DNA from: Dudresnaya verticillata
Lineage: Eukaryota
DNA: 64,000 bases
Reading direction: 5' to 3'
Assembly (NCBI GenBank): GCA_977862235.1
Contig: OZ374558.1
Span: 1,612,001-1,676,000, forward strand
Shown here: positions 20,590 through 34,000 of the stretch, piece by piece
Position numbering within the stretch: the first letter of the stretch is position 1
How the letters are laid out: the number at the start of each line of letters is the position of its first letter
Notes under the pieces: model-generated
What the model saw: the letters and a program-made list of their open reading frames with translations, nothing else
Database searches by the model: none
What the model was told of the DNA's origin: nothing
Made by a program: the position numbers and the translations under genes

Positions 20590-21100
20590 CGGTAGGTCTA
20601 CTGCGCTTGAGGAGGGGCACCGAACCCCCGCGTCGGAGCGATAGGCGTTTCGATTCGACGTCGATGCCTCGCACGTGCGCATTGAGGAACTGCGTTCCCA
20701 CCAGGAAGTCGACGGCCAAGGTGTCTGCCACTATGAATGGCACGCGGAACTTCGTGTTCCCCAACCTCATCGAGAGGTGTGCCACCCCTGATAGGCTCAG
20801 TGGGGTCTTATCAGCCCCGGCGAGGCGAGGAGTCGACTCCATCGCCGCCGCGTGCTGATCCCATCCGGGTGGCAGCGCCCGCTTCGCGATGAGGTTGTAC
20901 CCGGAGCCGGTGTCCACCGCAATGGTGTGGGGTATCATTACCCCTGGGTCAGCGCGCCTAGCGACCCAGACACGCGGTATATCTCCGAGGACAATAGGCA
21001 CACATACCCGTCTGCGGTAGTAGCTAGCTCCGCGTCGACGCAGTGAACCATGGCACCTTCGCGTCGAGCGGAGGGTGCCTCGGGATCCGTCGACAGACAC
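20590..21100 (-). pseudogene. G1 aspartic protease region
   Basis: IAVDTGSGYNLI ... DFLVGTQFL. Confidence 0.88.
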
Positions 21101-21330
21101 CTACGAGCTCGGCGTCGTGCCTGTCGCTCTCGTCGACGCCGCGGGGGCCAAGGTGGCCTGGAGCGCATGGCCTTCGACGGCTCTTCGCGTAGGGGGCCCT
21201 CAGCGCTGCTTGGCGAGGGGGTTCTTCGTTGGTTGGGTCTCGACGTCCTACCTGCCGTCGACGGCTTGGTGGAGGATGGTGGGTCTGGGGTAGAGAGACG
21301 GTGCACGCGGCCGCACGAACGGCGCCGCCT

Positions 21331-23744
21331 TTACTCTTTTTCCGGTTCGACCCGGCCAAAATTATCTTCGGAATCAGAGCCATCTTCCTTGGATCCCATT
21401 GGCTGGCTAGAGGCCTGGCCGGCGCCTCGCGTCGATCGCTGCGGCGTGTCAAAAAGGAGCGGGGGCTGCTCGACCTGCCCCCGGGCGGACTCGCCCTTGC
21501 TCTGCGCGTCGAGCTCTCGCGGGAGCCACTCGTCGGCTGCTAGCCCGGTGTGCTCCTGCACGGTCATCACTGCCCGAAGCAGTTCGCGCTGCGGGTCGGG
21601 CCTCGAGGGCGTCGACGCCCGAGGTTGTCGACCGGCTTGGTCGTTAAACCCGACCCGCTTGTCGCGAGTGAGGAACCGCGGGACGTCTGCCCTTCGGTAT
21701 TCGCGGCGCGGATCTCGACGATCCCCGCGGTACTGTCCCGGCTCCCCGCGATACCTTTGCGCGTCAAAGCGCTGCGGGGGACCTCTCGCGTCGAATCGTC
21801 GGGCCCCACCCCGCTGCGCGTCGAAGCGTCTTGCGGGGTAACTTACCTTGGCGCCTGCCGGCATGCGCTCGTCGATGAGCTGCTGCAAGTTGTTGCGCGC
21901 GTACGGCTGCGTCTCCCGTCTGTCGTTGCAGTTCGCATACGCGCAGTACAACTGCTGTTCCTTAGTCAGGAATGGGCACGAGTACATGATGTGCCCAAGT
22001 TCTCGGCAGAACCAGCAGATGTACCACCCCTGTCGATCAGGGGTGACAGCACGGGCCATTGCCTCTTGCGACGGTGTGAGCGGAGGGATCCTCCTCGGTA
22101 GGACGGCGTCGATGCGTCCTGATATGTCGAGTGTCTCCTCGGCTTGGGCCGCCCCGGCTGTCGACAGCGCGGGCACGACCATGACGGGTTCGAAACCATC
22201 GTCATCGGGCGCCACCAACATCGTGCCGTCGAAGGCCGCTTCCCTATCGGGTGTGTGTGGCGCCTCGATAAGCAGCGTGCGGCCGCTTGGCGAACTGCTT
22301 CCCCTACCGCGCCCCGAAACGAGGGCCGGCGTCGACGCCTTGGCCATGCGGGCGCGGTAGGTTGTGCCCTCACTGTGGGCGATCCGACGAACGGTACTGA
22401 AGTTGGTCTGCTCGGTCATCGGCATCTGCCTTACCTTCTCTGTTACTGCGGGTCGGGTGGTCGGAAGCAGACCACGCAGGAACTGGTGCGTCAGGTTCTC
22501 GTCGGAGTAGACGCCGGCACAGTCATCTGCGTAGCCCTCTAGACGAGAGGCGAACTCGAGTTCTGACTCGGCGTCCCGCTGCCGGGCGGTGGTTAGTCGG
22601 TCGTGCGCGTCGGCGATCACGTCGTCGGTGACGAACCTCTCGACGAGGGTATTGACCACTGAGGCCCAGCACGGGAGGGTGCGCGACTAGTCGTCCGGAC
22701 CCCCGAGAAAAGGTGACTCGAATACACCTGGGATGCCGTTCCGTCTAGGAACCAGGACACCACTCGCGCCGCTGCGCCTTCCGACAGGCCGACCCCGTTG
22801 AAGGCTTGGCGTAGCTGTCTAAGCACGCCAAGCAAGCGGATGGGCTCCTTGCCGTCGTAGCGATCTAGCCGCAGCATGAGAGCCTTCATCCGGCTGACAA
22901 TCTTGGCGGTGTTGTCATTGCAGACTTGCTGCTGATTGTCCCGCTGTCTTATGTCGTCTAGACGGTAGGAGCAGAGGCCGATCGCCTTTGCGAATTCGGG
23001 GACCAAGGTGCGCAGCGGCTCGACGCCCGGCATCAATGGTCCCCAGTGCCAGTAGGCCGACACGGGACCTTCGTGTGGTGAGGGGCTAGACGCCCCTCCA
23101 ACTCTGCGCCCGTCGAGGGCGCGTTGCAGTAGCTTGGGGTCGACCCCGTAGAAGGGGTCATCATCTCTTGTAGGGCTAGGGGACCCTTGCCCACTCCTAG
23201 GCGGAGAGGGCGGTGAAGAAAAGGGGTTTCGCTGAGCATGACGCTCAGCGAGGAGGGCTTTGGCCAGTTCGCGAATCGGATCCGCTTGAGACGGCGATCG
23301 CGGAGGACGGCTCCGCACCGGCGATGGGCTAGGCGCGCGCCGGTCATACCGCGACGGTGCGTGCTCAATCAACTCAACGCGTTGGCGTAGCTCGTCGAGG
23401 AGCCCTTGAGTTTGGGTTAATCCTTCCTCGACGGAGGCGAGAGTTCCACGTCGATGCGACTCCAGGTCACGTTGACCTTGTGCCCGCGCGACTAAGGCCA
23501 TGAAGGTGTCGTACACTTCCGAAAATGAGTCCATCGTCTCCTCGTAGAGTAGCTGGAGGTCGGTCGCAGAGACAGCTGTCCCTCCTAGGGCCTTTGCTAT
23601 AGCCGCCCTGCGCTCGATGCGCGGTTCCTCTAGGGGAGCTCCTGAGACGCCGACTTTACTCAGGAAGGAAGTGCGTCGACCGCCAACTTCTCCTGCTGCG
23701 GCGTCTGCCGAACCGGCAGCGGCCGAAGTAGGTAGCGGCGGCAT
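21331..23744 (-). pseudogene. gag: G1 gag (frameshift near 22650)
   Basis: ORFs 22617-23744 and 21331-22659: RQRDAESELEFASRLE (MHR-like), CWFCRELGHIMYSC knuckle. Confidence 0.85.
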
Positions 23745-23793
23745 TCTTGGCCTCGATCGCGTCGACGCGAGAGGTGATAGGGTCTTCTGCGAC

Positions 23794-23811
23794 TTCTAGG
23801 TCGGAATACCA
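23794..23811 (-). other. G1 primer binding site
   Basis: TGGTATTCCGACCTAGAA, 1 nt after ..GGCACA and 16/18 identical to the G2 PBS. Confidence 0.8.
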
Positions 23812-23812
23812 G

Positions 23813-24504
23813 TGTGCCATAGATGTCAGGTCGAAATGATGCCTAGCGTGGCCGGTCTCGTAGTCGCACCCAGACCCATCGAAGGGTGGTAGCGGTGGTG
23901 GTAGAGCGGTGGTGTCGGCCGCGCGCGCCGTCGACGGTCGCGGATCAACGGCGTCGAAGCCTGAGCGCGCACGGGGCGTACCGTACGCGGGCGGCAGCGG
24001 CCGGATCCCTGCGTCCCCATCGTGGGGCGGCACGAAGCCGACGGTAGGGAAAGGAAAAGGAAAGCCTAGGCGGCTAGGGAAAGAGGGAAGCCGTAGGGCG
24101 AAGGACTGGGAAAGAAGCCCAAATCAGAAAGGGCCAGCCTGGCGTAGGCTGGCTTGCCTGGTTTACTGAAGCCCAAAGGGGCGATTACTAGATATTCTAC
24201 AGGACCTGCTGCGGCACCAACCCGGGAGGTGCGCCGGCGCGCCCCAACACGCGTCGACGCTTACGGGTAACGGTAACCCGGGGGCGCGCGTGGGCGAAAC
24301 GGTCCACACGTACTCAACGGCTCGACGCCGGAGTACGTGCGCACAGCGTGCAGGACAGCAGGGCGTTCGACCGCCGCTTACACTAGACGGTGCTGTACAC
24401 TACAAAACAATAAACGTAGGAATTACATGGGAGCTTCAGTGTCACGCGCGCACAGCAGTGCAAACGTGGCGCAGCTGGTCTTACAGCTGCGCGTGCGTGG
24501 CACA
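23813..24504 (-). repeat. Probable 5' LTR of G1 (outer end uncertain)
   Basis: Inner end fixed by the PBS. TGTGCCA/TGGCACA inverted match at 24498-24504 lies within a local duplication, so it may be fortuitous. Confidence 0.55.
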
Positions 24505-24519
24505 GCTGGTCTTACAGCT

Positions 24520-24821
24520 ATTCCACAAGTACAGGCGTTCCGATACGATGACGTTGAGATGTTGCTTATACTTAAAGAGATATGTTGCAGCTTTCCTCGA
24601 ATTAGTACCGCATTCTTCAAAAGCGTCCTTCAGCGCCTCACGGAGGGTGCATTTTGTAAACCTCTGAACCTTCCTTATTTTGATAAAGGAGTAGTGAGTA
24701 GCCCCGGTGGCGGTAAAGTAGCTTAGGCTTGCATGACGCTCATCAGGGTACAGTACCTTCTGGTCATCCATAAAAGCACCGTACACCATCTGCTCTTCAA
24801 AGTAGGGTAAATGCAACTCCG
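24520..24821 (-). pseudogene. Fragment of a probable DNA-transposase-like gene
   Basis: ELHLPYF..VY..F..SLSYF..IKIRKVQRFTKC..HL..ER resembles, from memory, the region preceding the catalytic domain of DUF7869-type proteins. Lower GC than its neighbours. Unverified. Confidence 0.5.
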
Positions 24822-25730
24822 TGTGGTGCAAACGTCTGAGACGATAGACCGCCGAGCAGTTCGGGGCTCGGTGGATAGCTGCGCCCTCGGCGATGGGTGG
24901 TCCCGCCGTGGGCGACTTGTTGGTAGAGCAAAGGAACACGCCTTGGGCGGACTGTAGACGCCCGAGGCGGAAGGTGTGAAGGAAGGGAAAAGAAAACAGA
25001 AAGGGGACACGTCAAGGACGATGGTAGACGTGGAAGCACGGGAGGTAGACGCTTAGCCGTAGGCAGCGGTAGGATACGCGCGTGCGGAACGGGGAAGTCT
25101 GGACCAAGGCCGGCTTGCCCGGGCGTTTACTGTTACGTCTGGGACGGCTTACCTAAGTATAGTACGGCGATGCGGCGGCGGCGGTGCGTATGCGTAGCGC
25201 GGGAACTCGGGACACGTGTCGTCCCGAGGTGCGTCTGACAGATCACCCATCGCATGCAGCCGCGCGCCTGACGGATTGCTGTACAACCCCCTGTGTGAGT
25301 GCTTACACGCACACGTGGACGCGTGTGCCTCACAGCCGTGCGCGCGCGCATACTGTAGAGCGTGCGCCTTGGATCTAATCCGATACTTGTCAGATCCCGA
25401 TCCCATCCGGATCGGGCCAGCAATGCGAATACCCGCAGCCTTACAGGCGCGGATCTTACAGCTTAGGCGATCCGGATAGCCAATCTGGATACCGGATCCG
25501 GATCCAATCTAGATCCGTATTACAGTATCCCGGGGCGCCACGTCGGCCCATCACCGTACAGTGCCCGCGTGGCGCGCGGCTCGCAGTGTGCGCGCGCGCC
25601 CCAGTGAGCCGTCGATGACGTGTTCGCGTGCCAACGGCGGTGGTGAGCACCGGTGGCGGTTTCTCCGTCGGTCGACGTATTTGGTCAACCCGCTTTCAGC
25701 GAAAAAGGGCTCACCTCCCCTTGCACCACA
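24822..25730 (-). repeat. 3' LTR of G2 (909 bp)
   Basis: 10-bp terminal inverted repeat TGTGGTGCAA/TTGCACCACA, roughly 95% identical to 53588-54497 by eye. Confidence 0.93.
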
Positions 25731-25733
25731 CGA

Positions 25734-25742
25734 CCCCCCTCC
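25734..25742 (-). other. G2 polypurine tract
   Basis: GGAGGGGGG 3 nt before the LTR on the minus strand. Confidence 0.85.
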
Positions 25743-26239
25743 AAAACGCGAACACGACCCGACCCTCAACCTGCTGCCGTGCGCTCTTCCGTTGCGTCCC
25801 TGCCAACTTCCGCGCCTTGCGAGCGAGTCCCCGCGCCTGCGCGTATTGTGTTGGTGCGCCCACGTGCGACTGCGACCTCGGCTGTGCCGTAAGAACTCCG
25901 CTCTTGTTGCGTTTGCGTACTCGTGCGGCTGCGTTGACGCTGCCCCGACATCACCGCCTGTGGCGCATAACGAGCTCCGTCGTTGACGTCTATCACGTAT
26001 CCCTCGCCTGGGGCGTCGCAACTTAATCGTCATCGACGTCGTTTGCCTTCGGTATCGCCAGTGGCGCAGCAGCTGAACGTCATTGACGTGGGTTTCTTTT
26101 CCTCGCCTAAGGCGTTACAACTGTAATCGTCTTCGACGCACGCTTCTTGAAGCTTTCGCCAGTGGCGCAGAACACGAGTCGTCTTTGACGTTTGTACAAG
26201 CATCACCTTTGGCGTTAACATATTCTCGTCGTTGATGTC

Positions 26240-28034
26240 ATGCCGATGTTCAATGGTATGCAGGTGGCGGCGCCCTCGGCTGTGCCGGTGTACGCTTCGC
26301 CGGTCGACTTCGTCGGAAAGAACCCTCGCGATCACGCGCATTTCTTCGCGCGGGCCCCCTGGTTTGACCAGGAGGCCCTGCGCGAGGAATTGATTGCCCA
26401 CTACGCTACTAGCGGTTTCTTGCCGGGGTGCCTGCCCCTCGGCGTCGTCTGGACGTTGGAATGGAAGTTACGCTGCGCTGTTCCTGCGGAATGGCTTTGG
26501 GTGCGAGCGGGACAGTCGCGTGCGGACGTCCACGCGCAGTTCGTCTCAGACGTTTATCGTCGCTTCACGCGTTATCCAGGGTCGACGTTAACGCCGCCCT
26601 TGTTCAATTATGATGCGGGACAGTACCGCACAGCCGGCGAAGCCGAATATGGTGCTCGTCTTGGGACGTTATCGCTAAAACACGTGAGCGTGTCGATTGA
26701 ACCTCGCGTGTTGGGAGAGGCCTACCTGTTAGGCGTACGCTTGAAAGCGGATTTTCGTTACTTGCATCGTACGGGTACGTTATTTTGGGAGCGTTGTATC
26801 CGGTGGGAGTGCGAGAAGCGTCGCCGAAAGGGCGTATTCGTACCTTACCAGGACATCACATGCAGGTCGATCGCATTGAGTGTAGTAAGTTACCCTTCTG
26901 TTTCGTGAAGGTGCCGTCTGTATGGCGAGAGTTTGAGATATGCGAGGGTTTCTCCGTAGAGCTTCCTCCGTGTGTCACGTATCTTGGTTCCGAGCTGATG
27001 ACCGACCCCTATTCCAGGTATTGGATCGTGTTTTACACGGAGTGGGTCGCCGATGTGGCGTATGCGTGGTTATGGGAGGTGTATGACACCTTCCGTATGT
27101 ACCCCCTACCCCCGCGTGTGGTGGCTCAGCTTGGCGGCCTCGACTTGGTCGAAATATTTGGCGGTTCCCGGAACGCCGAGGAGTTCAGGAACCTGCGCGC
27201 TGTGGCGGATGAGATCGATTGGAACGACCCGGCAATGGTGCCGTATGCGAACAACCGCCGTAAGGCGAACCGTCCGCGTTTCGCGATGAGTCGGACTCAC
27301 TCCGCCTGTGGCGATTGGGTCCATTATAATCCGTGGACTAAGCGTCGTACGACGAAGAACATTGCGGAGCGCCATCGCAAAACGGACCGCTTCACCCCGG
27401 GTAATCACCCGCGTGGTTTGCGTAAGAGCTGCGACTTTGTCGGTAATTTTCCTCCGCATTTGAGCGCCTTAATGGCCGAGGAGGATGCGTTTAACGCCGA
27501 TGGCGGACCGGAGAACCCGTCTGGGACGGACATTACTACGACTATGGCGGTTGAGTCGACTGCCGAGCCTGCGCCCGCGTCTTCGGCTTTGCCCGGAGGC
27601 GCTGTCGGTGGCGGTGGAGTGCCAGCTGGCCTGCCAGCTGTTGCTCCTCTGGACCTTGCGGCTCCCGTCGCTGACGTTGATGGCGATGCCGTTATGGCGA
27701 CGCCAATATTGGAGTCGGCTCCGCCGATCGTGACGCCTCAAGGCGAAGTATCAAACGTCGCAGACGGTTCTGGGAGTCCAGCTTCGGTGCCGGTTTGGAC
27801 CGAAGAACAGCGCCGCACCGTGCTTGCGTTATTGCAGGCGGCAGGCGTCGCTACTAGCGTTCTGAGCGGCTCACCCACTGAGTGGATGAGCCAAGCTTTG
27901 TCGACTGCGGTTCCACCTCAGGGTGGACCCGCACCGAAGTCGACTAGTGCCGTAGGTTCTGCGTCGAAGAACGGTGTGGCAGAGATGCCTTCGTCGCCTA
28001 AGGCGAATGGTCCGGCGTCTAAAGACGTGAGTAT
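26240..28034 (+). pseudogene. Antisense extra ORF of G2, 5' part (unknown function); frame change near 26860, interrupted by copia F
   Basis: ORF 26240-26908 overlaps a second frame with ATG at 26860. W/Y/F-rich globular-looking sequence, then an A/P/S/T-rich tail. Confidence 0.75.
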
Positions 28035-31000
28035 TGTTGAGGACATGGTCGCTGGCGCCTCACGTCACGGGTCAGGCACCCCAGATGGCACCCTGGCACG
28101 CTGTCACCAAACCTTCCGGAGACGACAGCCCTTTTTCCGGGCTTCCAAAATCACGGCGCATTTAGGCCTTTTGCAAAAGCAACGTGAAACGGGCTTCTGA
28201 TTGGTTGTTACAAACCGCCTCCATGGTCCATATGGCTTACAAGTGTTGTGCTGGAATTGGCGGTTATAACAGGAACGGCCAAGTGGAACGATCTGATTGG
28301 ACCACATGGATGCACGTGGTATGGCATGGAATGGTGTTGGTATGACTCGCACTGTACTCCACAAGTACACATGAACGTGCCATGCAGTGTGCTGATGGCG
28401 TCCGAGTTGGTACTGCAGGGACTTGCGCTACGTGGAGCCTGACTTGTGATATCAGCAGATGCAGTTGTTGTGCGGCCGACACGTTGGTTTACAGTTGGCA
28501 CGTAGCTGTTGTGCGGCCGACACGTTGGTTTACAGTTGGCACGTAGCTGTCGTGCGGCCGACACGTTGGTTTACAGTTATCACGTAGCTGTCGTGCGGCC
28601 GATACGTTGGTTTACAGCTGCCACGTAGGCAAATCTGGGTGATTACGTGGTCAATGATCCAAGTTGGATATTCATGGACGGACTTGAGCTGGTAAGTGCG
28701 GCCACGTGGTGTGCAGTGTTGTCCGACAGCAGCCATGCGGGGACACTCGATACTTTCACGTTCCCGCCCAAAGTTGGAGTCCATATGGATGGCAGGAAAT
28801 GCGGTCGCAAGAGGGATTGCTGATGTCAGCAGTTAGCAACACTGGTGTGCAAGTTCCCGCCCATTTTGGTGGCGGATGTGAGTGTGCTGAGAGCATGATT
28901 TGGTAGATTTAATTGCTTTACTTTTTCCCGCCCATTTGATGATAGGGATTTTGGGCGTTTCTTTAATGATTTGTTTTGTTTGTGTTCACGCAGCAACTCA
29001 TCCGAAAAGCTGATATAAGCCATGTCGGATGGTCGACTGCAGTAAACGAAGTCAAGCGACTTCCATTTCTCATCTTGTTCAACTCCAACCTCTCCATATT
29101 CCTTTTCAGGTTATGGGCCCAGAAGGTCGACCTACGCAGACTTCATCGCTTCGCTGCAACCTTCTTCCTTTTTCTTTTCATTCTTGATACTGTCCGGTCC
29201 CGTCCTGGCCTGTCCTGTCTGCTTGTGTCCTGTCCTGTCGGCTTGTGTCCTGTCCTGTCTGCTTGTTGTCTGTTGAAAGTGGTCCCTATCCCACTGTGTC
29301 GGCTTGTGTCTCTGATTTTGTGAGAGAGTTCTCGAGGCTCTCGTCCGCTGTTGTCTTGGTCCGTGAGCTTGCTGAGAGGTTGAGTGTTGTGCGTGGTGAC
29401 TCTCGTTAAGTCAGGACCTCGTTGGCCTAGGGGAGCAGCCTCCAGTAAGATCCAGAACCTTGACACGGTTGGGCCTAGTTCCATTCCTGCAAGAGACTGG
29501 ACCTGTTCGTGTGGTGAACACTCGTTTTGAGTTAGTACCCATAAGGTGGACGTCTCGTAAGGATTGCATACTTCGTGTCTGTGTGCGCACGACACGAAAG
29601 GGCTGCTGAAAGACGCATTTCACCCGGAGAATCATATCCGGGGGCCAGGAGTCCGACTCCTAGGGGTGACTAGGTAGAACCTGGTGCCAGAACATCCCGC
29701 GTCAAAAAGACGTTCAACTATCAAGAATCAACTTTTCAACTTCAAGTTTCAACTTTTCTTCTTCAGTCCAGGTGATCCCATCATCACCTGAGAGTTTCAT
29801 TACTCCAAGCGTGGGAGCTACTTGGCAAAGTGTGCTCCGCTTGTGACTGTATTATATTACCGACGTGTTCGACACATTTCTCAGTTTTCGTCGTCACGTC
29901 TTCGTTGTGTGAGCTGCACTGCTCTGCTTAACACGACTATTACCCTCTGGGCATCGACACTGTTGCACTAACAGCACTGCCCCAAGTTTACCAAGTTTTC
30001 TAAAACTATTCAAGTTATCTCTTCTCACCACCAGTCGCAACAGCGATGACTGATACCGAAGCCGAGATGGATACTTCGAGCGGGGTCAAGATACCCCGTT
30101 TCCACGGCAGGAGAGATGACGACTACAGTCTCTGGCGTCATCGCCTTCGTGCCGCATGCCGCATCAAAGGGGTTTGGAATGTTGTCCACACCTCAAACGA
30201 CACACCGAGCAGCTCACAGTCAACTGGAGAGGCCTCAGCGGATACTTCCATTCTTCACGCCAGAACCTTGGCCAAACGTGAGAAGGCTTGCGGGATCATT
30301 ATCTCCGCACTTGGTGATGCTCCGCTTCGTGTCGTTATGGAGGTTGATGATGACCCCAAACGCATGCTGGAGCTATTGGACTCGCGCTATGCGTCCAGTC
30401 GAACCGTATCCCGTATCGCCGTACAGACCAAGCTATTCCGTATGACGTACACCGGTCAGAATATGTCCAACTATGTCGACCAGTACACGTCACTGTTCGC
30501 CCAACTCGACCGCATGGGCAACGACTCGGCGATACCGGAGACACATAAGGCACCTATGCTGCTTGCTTCCATTGATCCGTCCTGCCACCTGGAGTCAACA
30601 GCTGCAGCTCTTCGCACCAAAGATGCTGCTGAGCTGACTTGGGACTACGTCGCAACCACGCTGATCGATGAGTACAACGCCAAAGATTCTCATGGATCAA
30701 ACACAGGTGGGAGATCCAGTAAGTCGAAGAGTCGTCGGAAGAAGAAAAAGAAGTCCGCGTCGTCAGGTTCTCGCCAGCAACACAACCCGCTGGATGACAA
30801 CGACGACTCCGATGACTCTTCTGATATTGAATCCACCGTCCGTGCGTTGGCGGTTGCACTCAAGTCCGCCAAGCAGGCTCACTCCACCCCGAACCGGCAC
30901 CTTCACTGTGATGTTTGCGACAAGGATGGACACACCGCGGATCGATGCTATCTCAATCCGGAAAATCCTAACAACAAGCTTCCTCCAAAGGTGCGACAGA

Positions 31001-34000
31001 TGTTCACCAACCAGGGCAAAAAGGGCAACGCCAACTCGGCGGTAGCTGCATCTGGTAAGAATAATGGTAAATCTGCAAAGGTAGAAATCGCCGGTGCATC
31101 GGTTGAGATGACTACTGTTGTTCCTCCGAACGACCAAGGAACGTATGCCGACAGTGGAGCAACTGTGCATTGCTTCCACTCAATGACTTCTTTTGTACCG
31201 AGCTCAGTATCGCGCTGCGAAAAGCGTACTGTAGTGCTTGCGGACAAGTCGTCTGTCACCTCGGACCTATGTGGAGATGTGATTCTGCCGTTTGAGCATG
31301 CCAATATTCGGCTCAAGAAGGCCCTCTTCATCCCGCAGATGGGATACAATCTTGTCTCTACTGGGCGTTTGGCAGATAAAGGAATTGAATCCCACTTTCG
31401 CCGCTTGGACGTGCGCTTGGTACTCGACTCTGATGGGTACTATATTGGATCCGGTGTTCGCGATGCGAGTTCTGGAATGTACATGCTACCAGAACCCGAG
31501 CCGCACACTTCGGAGGAGCAAGTACTGGCTGTCCCCAGCACGCAGCAAACTACTGAGCTCTGGCATCGACGTCTTGCCCACATTAATTTTCGGGACTTGG
31601 CCAAAGTGCACGAGCATGTTGAGGGTGTTCCGGAGTTGGGCTCGACTCATGAAGTGTGTCGGGCTTGTAGACTTGGGAAAGCACACAAACAATCATTCCC
31701 AGGGCACTTCCGCCCGGCCAAAGCTGTCGGTGATCTCGTGCATTCCGACATTGTTGGTCCAATCCAGATCTCCTTTCCCGATCGTTTCCGGTATGCCACG
31801 ACGTTTCTGGATGATAAATCCCGTTTCTTGGTCGTCGCATGTATGAGAAGTCGCCGTATGTTGAGTGCAGCATTTGATCAAGCTTCAGCAAAGTTTATCG
31901 AGCTTGGAGGAGCGGAAATAACAAAACTCCACTCAGACGGGGCTCAGGAGTATTTGGCTTTGCAGAAAGATTTGGGAGGAGCTGGAGACAGTGGCAAATC
32001 CTTCTCCCCACCTTATACTCCGGAGCTCAATGGAATCGCGGAAAGGGTGAACCGAACCATGGTGGAAGCTGCCCTGACTTTGCTGATCCAGGCTGATCTA
32101 CCGGGATGTTTGTGGCCGTTTGCACTGAAGCATGTCAACTACGTGCGCAATCGGGTACCACACTCAACCGTTGGGGCTACGCCATACTCGGTCATGACAG
32201 GTGATGTTCCTGATTTAAAACATTTAAGAGTGTTTGGATGTGCTGCATATGTCCTAAGGCTCCCACGCGGATCCAAGTTCGAGTCTCGTGCACTTGAGGG
32301 GGTGCACTTGGAGACTCTAGAGCATGGGATCTACAGGATATTGGTCACTGGCGGTGACGGTATACCTCGTGTGGTTGAGTCGCGGCATGTCACATTCGAC
32401 GAGTCCAAATTCCCGGGTGCTCCAAGCCTGTTGGAATATGGGCAGGACGAGGCAGATTCGGATGAAGATTACGAGTCTAACTCAGAGGCCTCTATTTTCA
32501 ACTCGGACTCTGATGACGATGTGTCGCTGGGTAACTTTGAGGATGAAGAGGATGCAATTGAAGTTGACACACCTTCTTCACCTCCACTACCTCCATCAGA
32601 ACCCAGCTCATTCGAATCTGATGACACGGCTGAGGAAGAAAACGTCTCTGACAATCCTCCGGCTGGTGTGAGTTCAGACCCAGAACGCCACCAACAGAGT
32701 CGATATCCTCGTCGCCAACGTCGCCAGACGTCGAAATGGTTTATGGCAAGCTCTGCACAAGCTGAACAACAGGTTGCCCTCACAACTGGAGATGAGCCCA
32801 CTCTTCGAGAGGCCATGTCTGCCACTCCGGAGGAGCGCGGGTTGTGGCAATCTGCCATTGATGATGAGTTCGCATCCTTGGAATCCAAAGGCACTTGGGT
32901 CCGTGATGACAGTCCCGGTGCACAGCCGCTTCCAACGCACGCCGTGCTGAAAGTTAAACGCAAGTCCGACGGGACCGTCGAGCGCTTCAAAGCGCGGGTC
33001 GTCGCTGGTGGAAACTTCCAGACGTATGGTGAAGACTACATGGAAACATACGCCCCAGTTGTGTCGTTCTCGCTGGTGCGCATGTTCCTATACTTGGTAC
33101 TGTGTTTGAACCTGTTTGTTGCACAGCTAGACGTGAAGACGGCTTTCCTGAATGGTGATCTGGCAGAACACGTGTGGGTAATGTCACCGCGTGGGATTCC
33201 TGGAAGGGAATCTCTCTGTTACAAACTTCTGAAAGCTATGTATGGGCTAAAACAGGCTCACCTAGCTTGGCACACCAAGCTGTGTGGTGACCTTGCTAGG
33301 ATGATGTTTGAGGAATTGCCAAGTGCACCTTGCGTGTTTCGTCGCAAATCCAAGTCTTCTGGATACGCATACATCTTGGTGTACGTTGATGACTTGCTCA
33401 TCCTCGCGCCCACAAAGGCGGAGAGAGACGCCATTGTTAAGGAACTGCAGGGCCTCTACGATCTACGGCTGTCTGAAGGGGTTGACCTCTTCCTCGGAGT
33501 CGAGCTTGGATGGAAGCTAGACTCTGATGGCAGATTTGTGTCCCTCAAGATGACTCAACAGGTCTACACGGAAAGTGTTCTTCGTCGATTTGGACTTCAG
33601 AACTCTAAGCCGGCTTGTACGCCGATGGTTGAGTCTTTCTTCACTGGACTTGCCGCCGAAGAGGACAAGGCCGTCGTGTCGGTTGAGACGTACCAGCAGA
33701 TGATCGGGTCACTTCTGTACTTGGGGCTTCGCACAAGGCTGGACATTTTGGCCTCTGTGCTTATTCTCGCACGGTTCCAGAAGGCTCCAACTGCGTACTG
33801 TCACCGCGGTGCAAAGAGGGTTCTGCGATATCTCCGAGGCACTCACAAGCATGGAGTTACGTACCAGTCCGGAACCACTCGTATCCAAGCTTATGTGGAC
33901 GCTGACTATGCCGGTGACACCACAGACCGAAAATCTATGTCTGGTTACATGGTGAAACTGGGAGATGCAGTGTGTATTTGGGGATCCAAGAAGCAGTCAA

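Larger units (their letters stand above)
17953..24504 (-). mobile_element. Decayed Ty3/gypsy element G1 (5' LTR, gag, PR, RT, start of RNase H); remainder presumably left of the window
   Basis: gag knuckle, AVDTGSG protease, RT YLDD, LDTDAS RNase H, in PR-RT-RH order. Right boundary approximate. Confidence 0.9.

Noticed and set aside
26785..28200. 471-aa ORF as a stand-alone host gene or env
   Set aside because: The C-terminal 55 or so residues are copia LTR read-through. It lies inside G2, antisense, with no signal or transmembrane segment evident.
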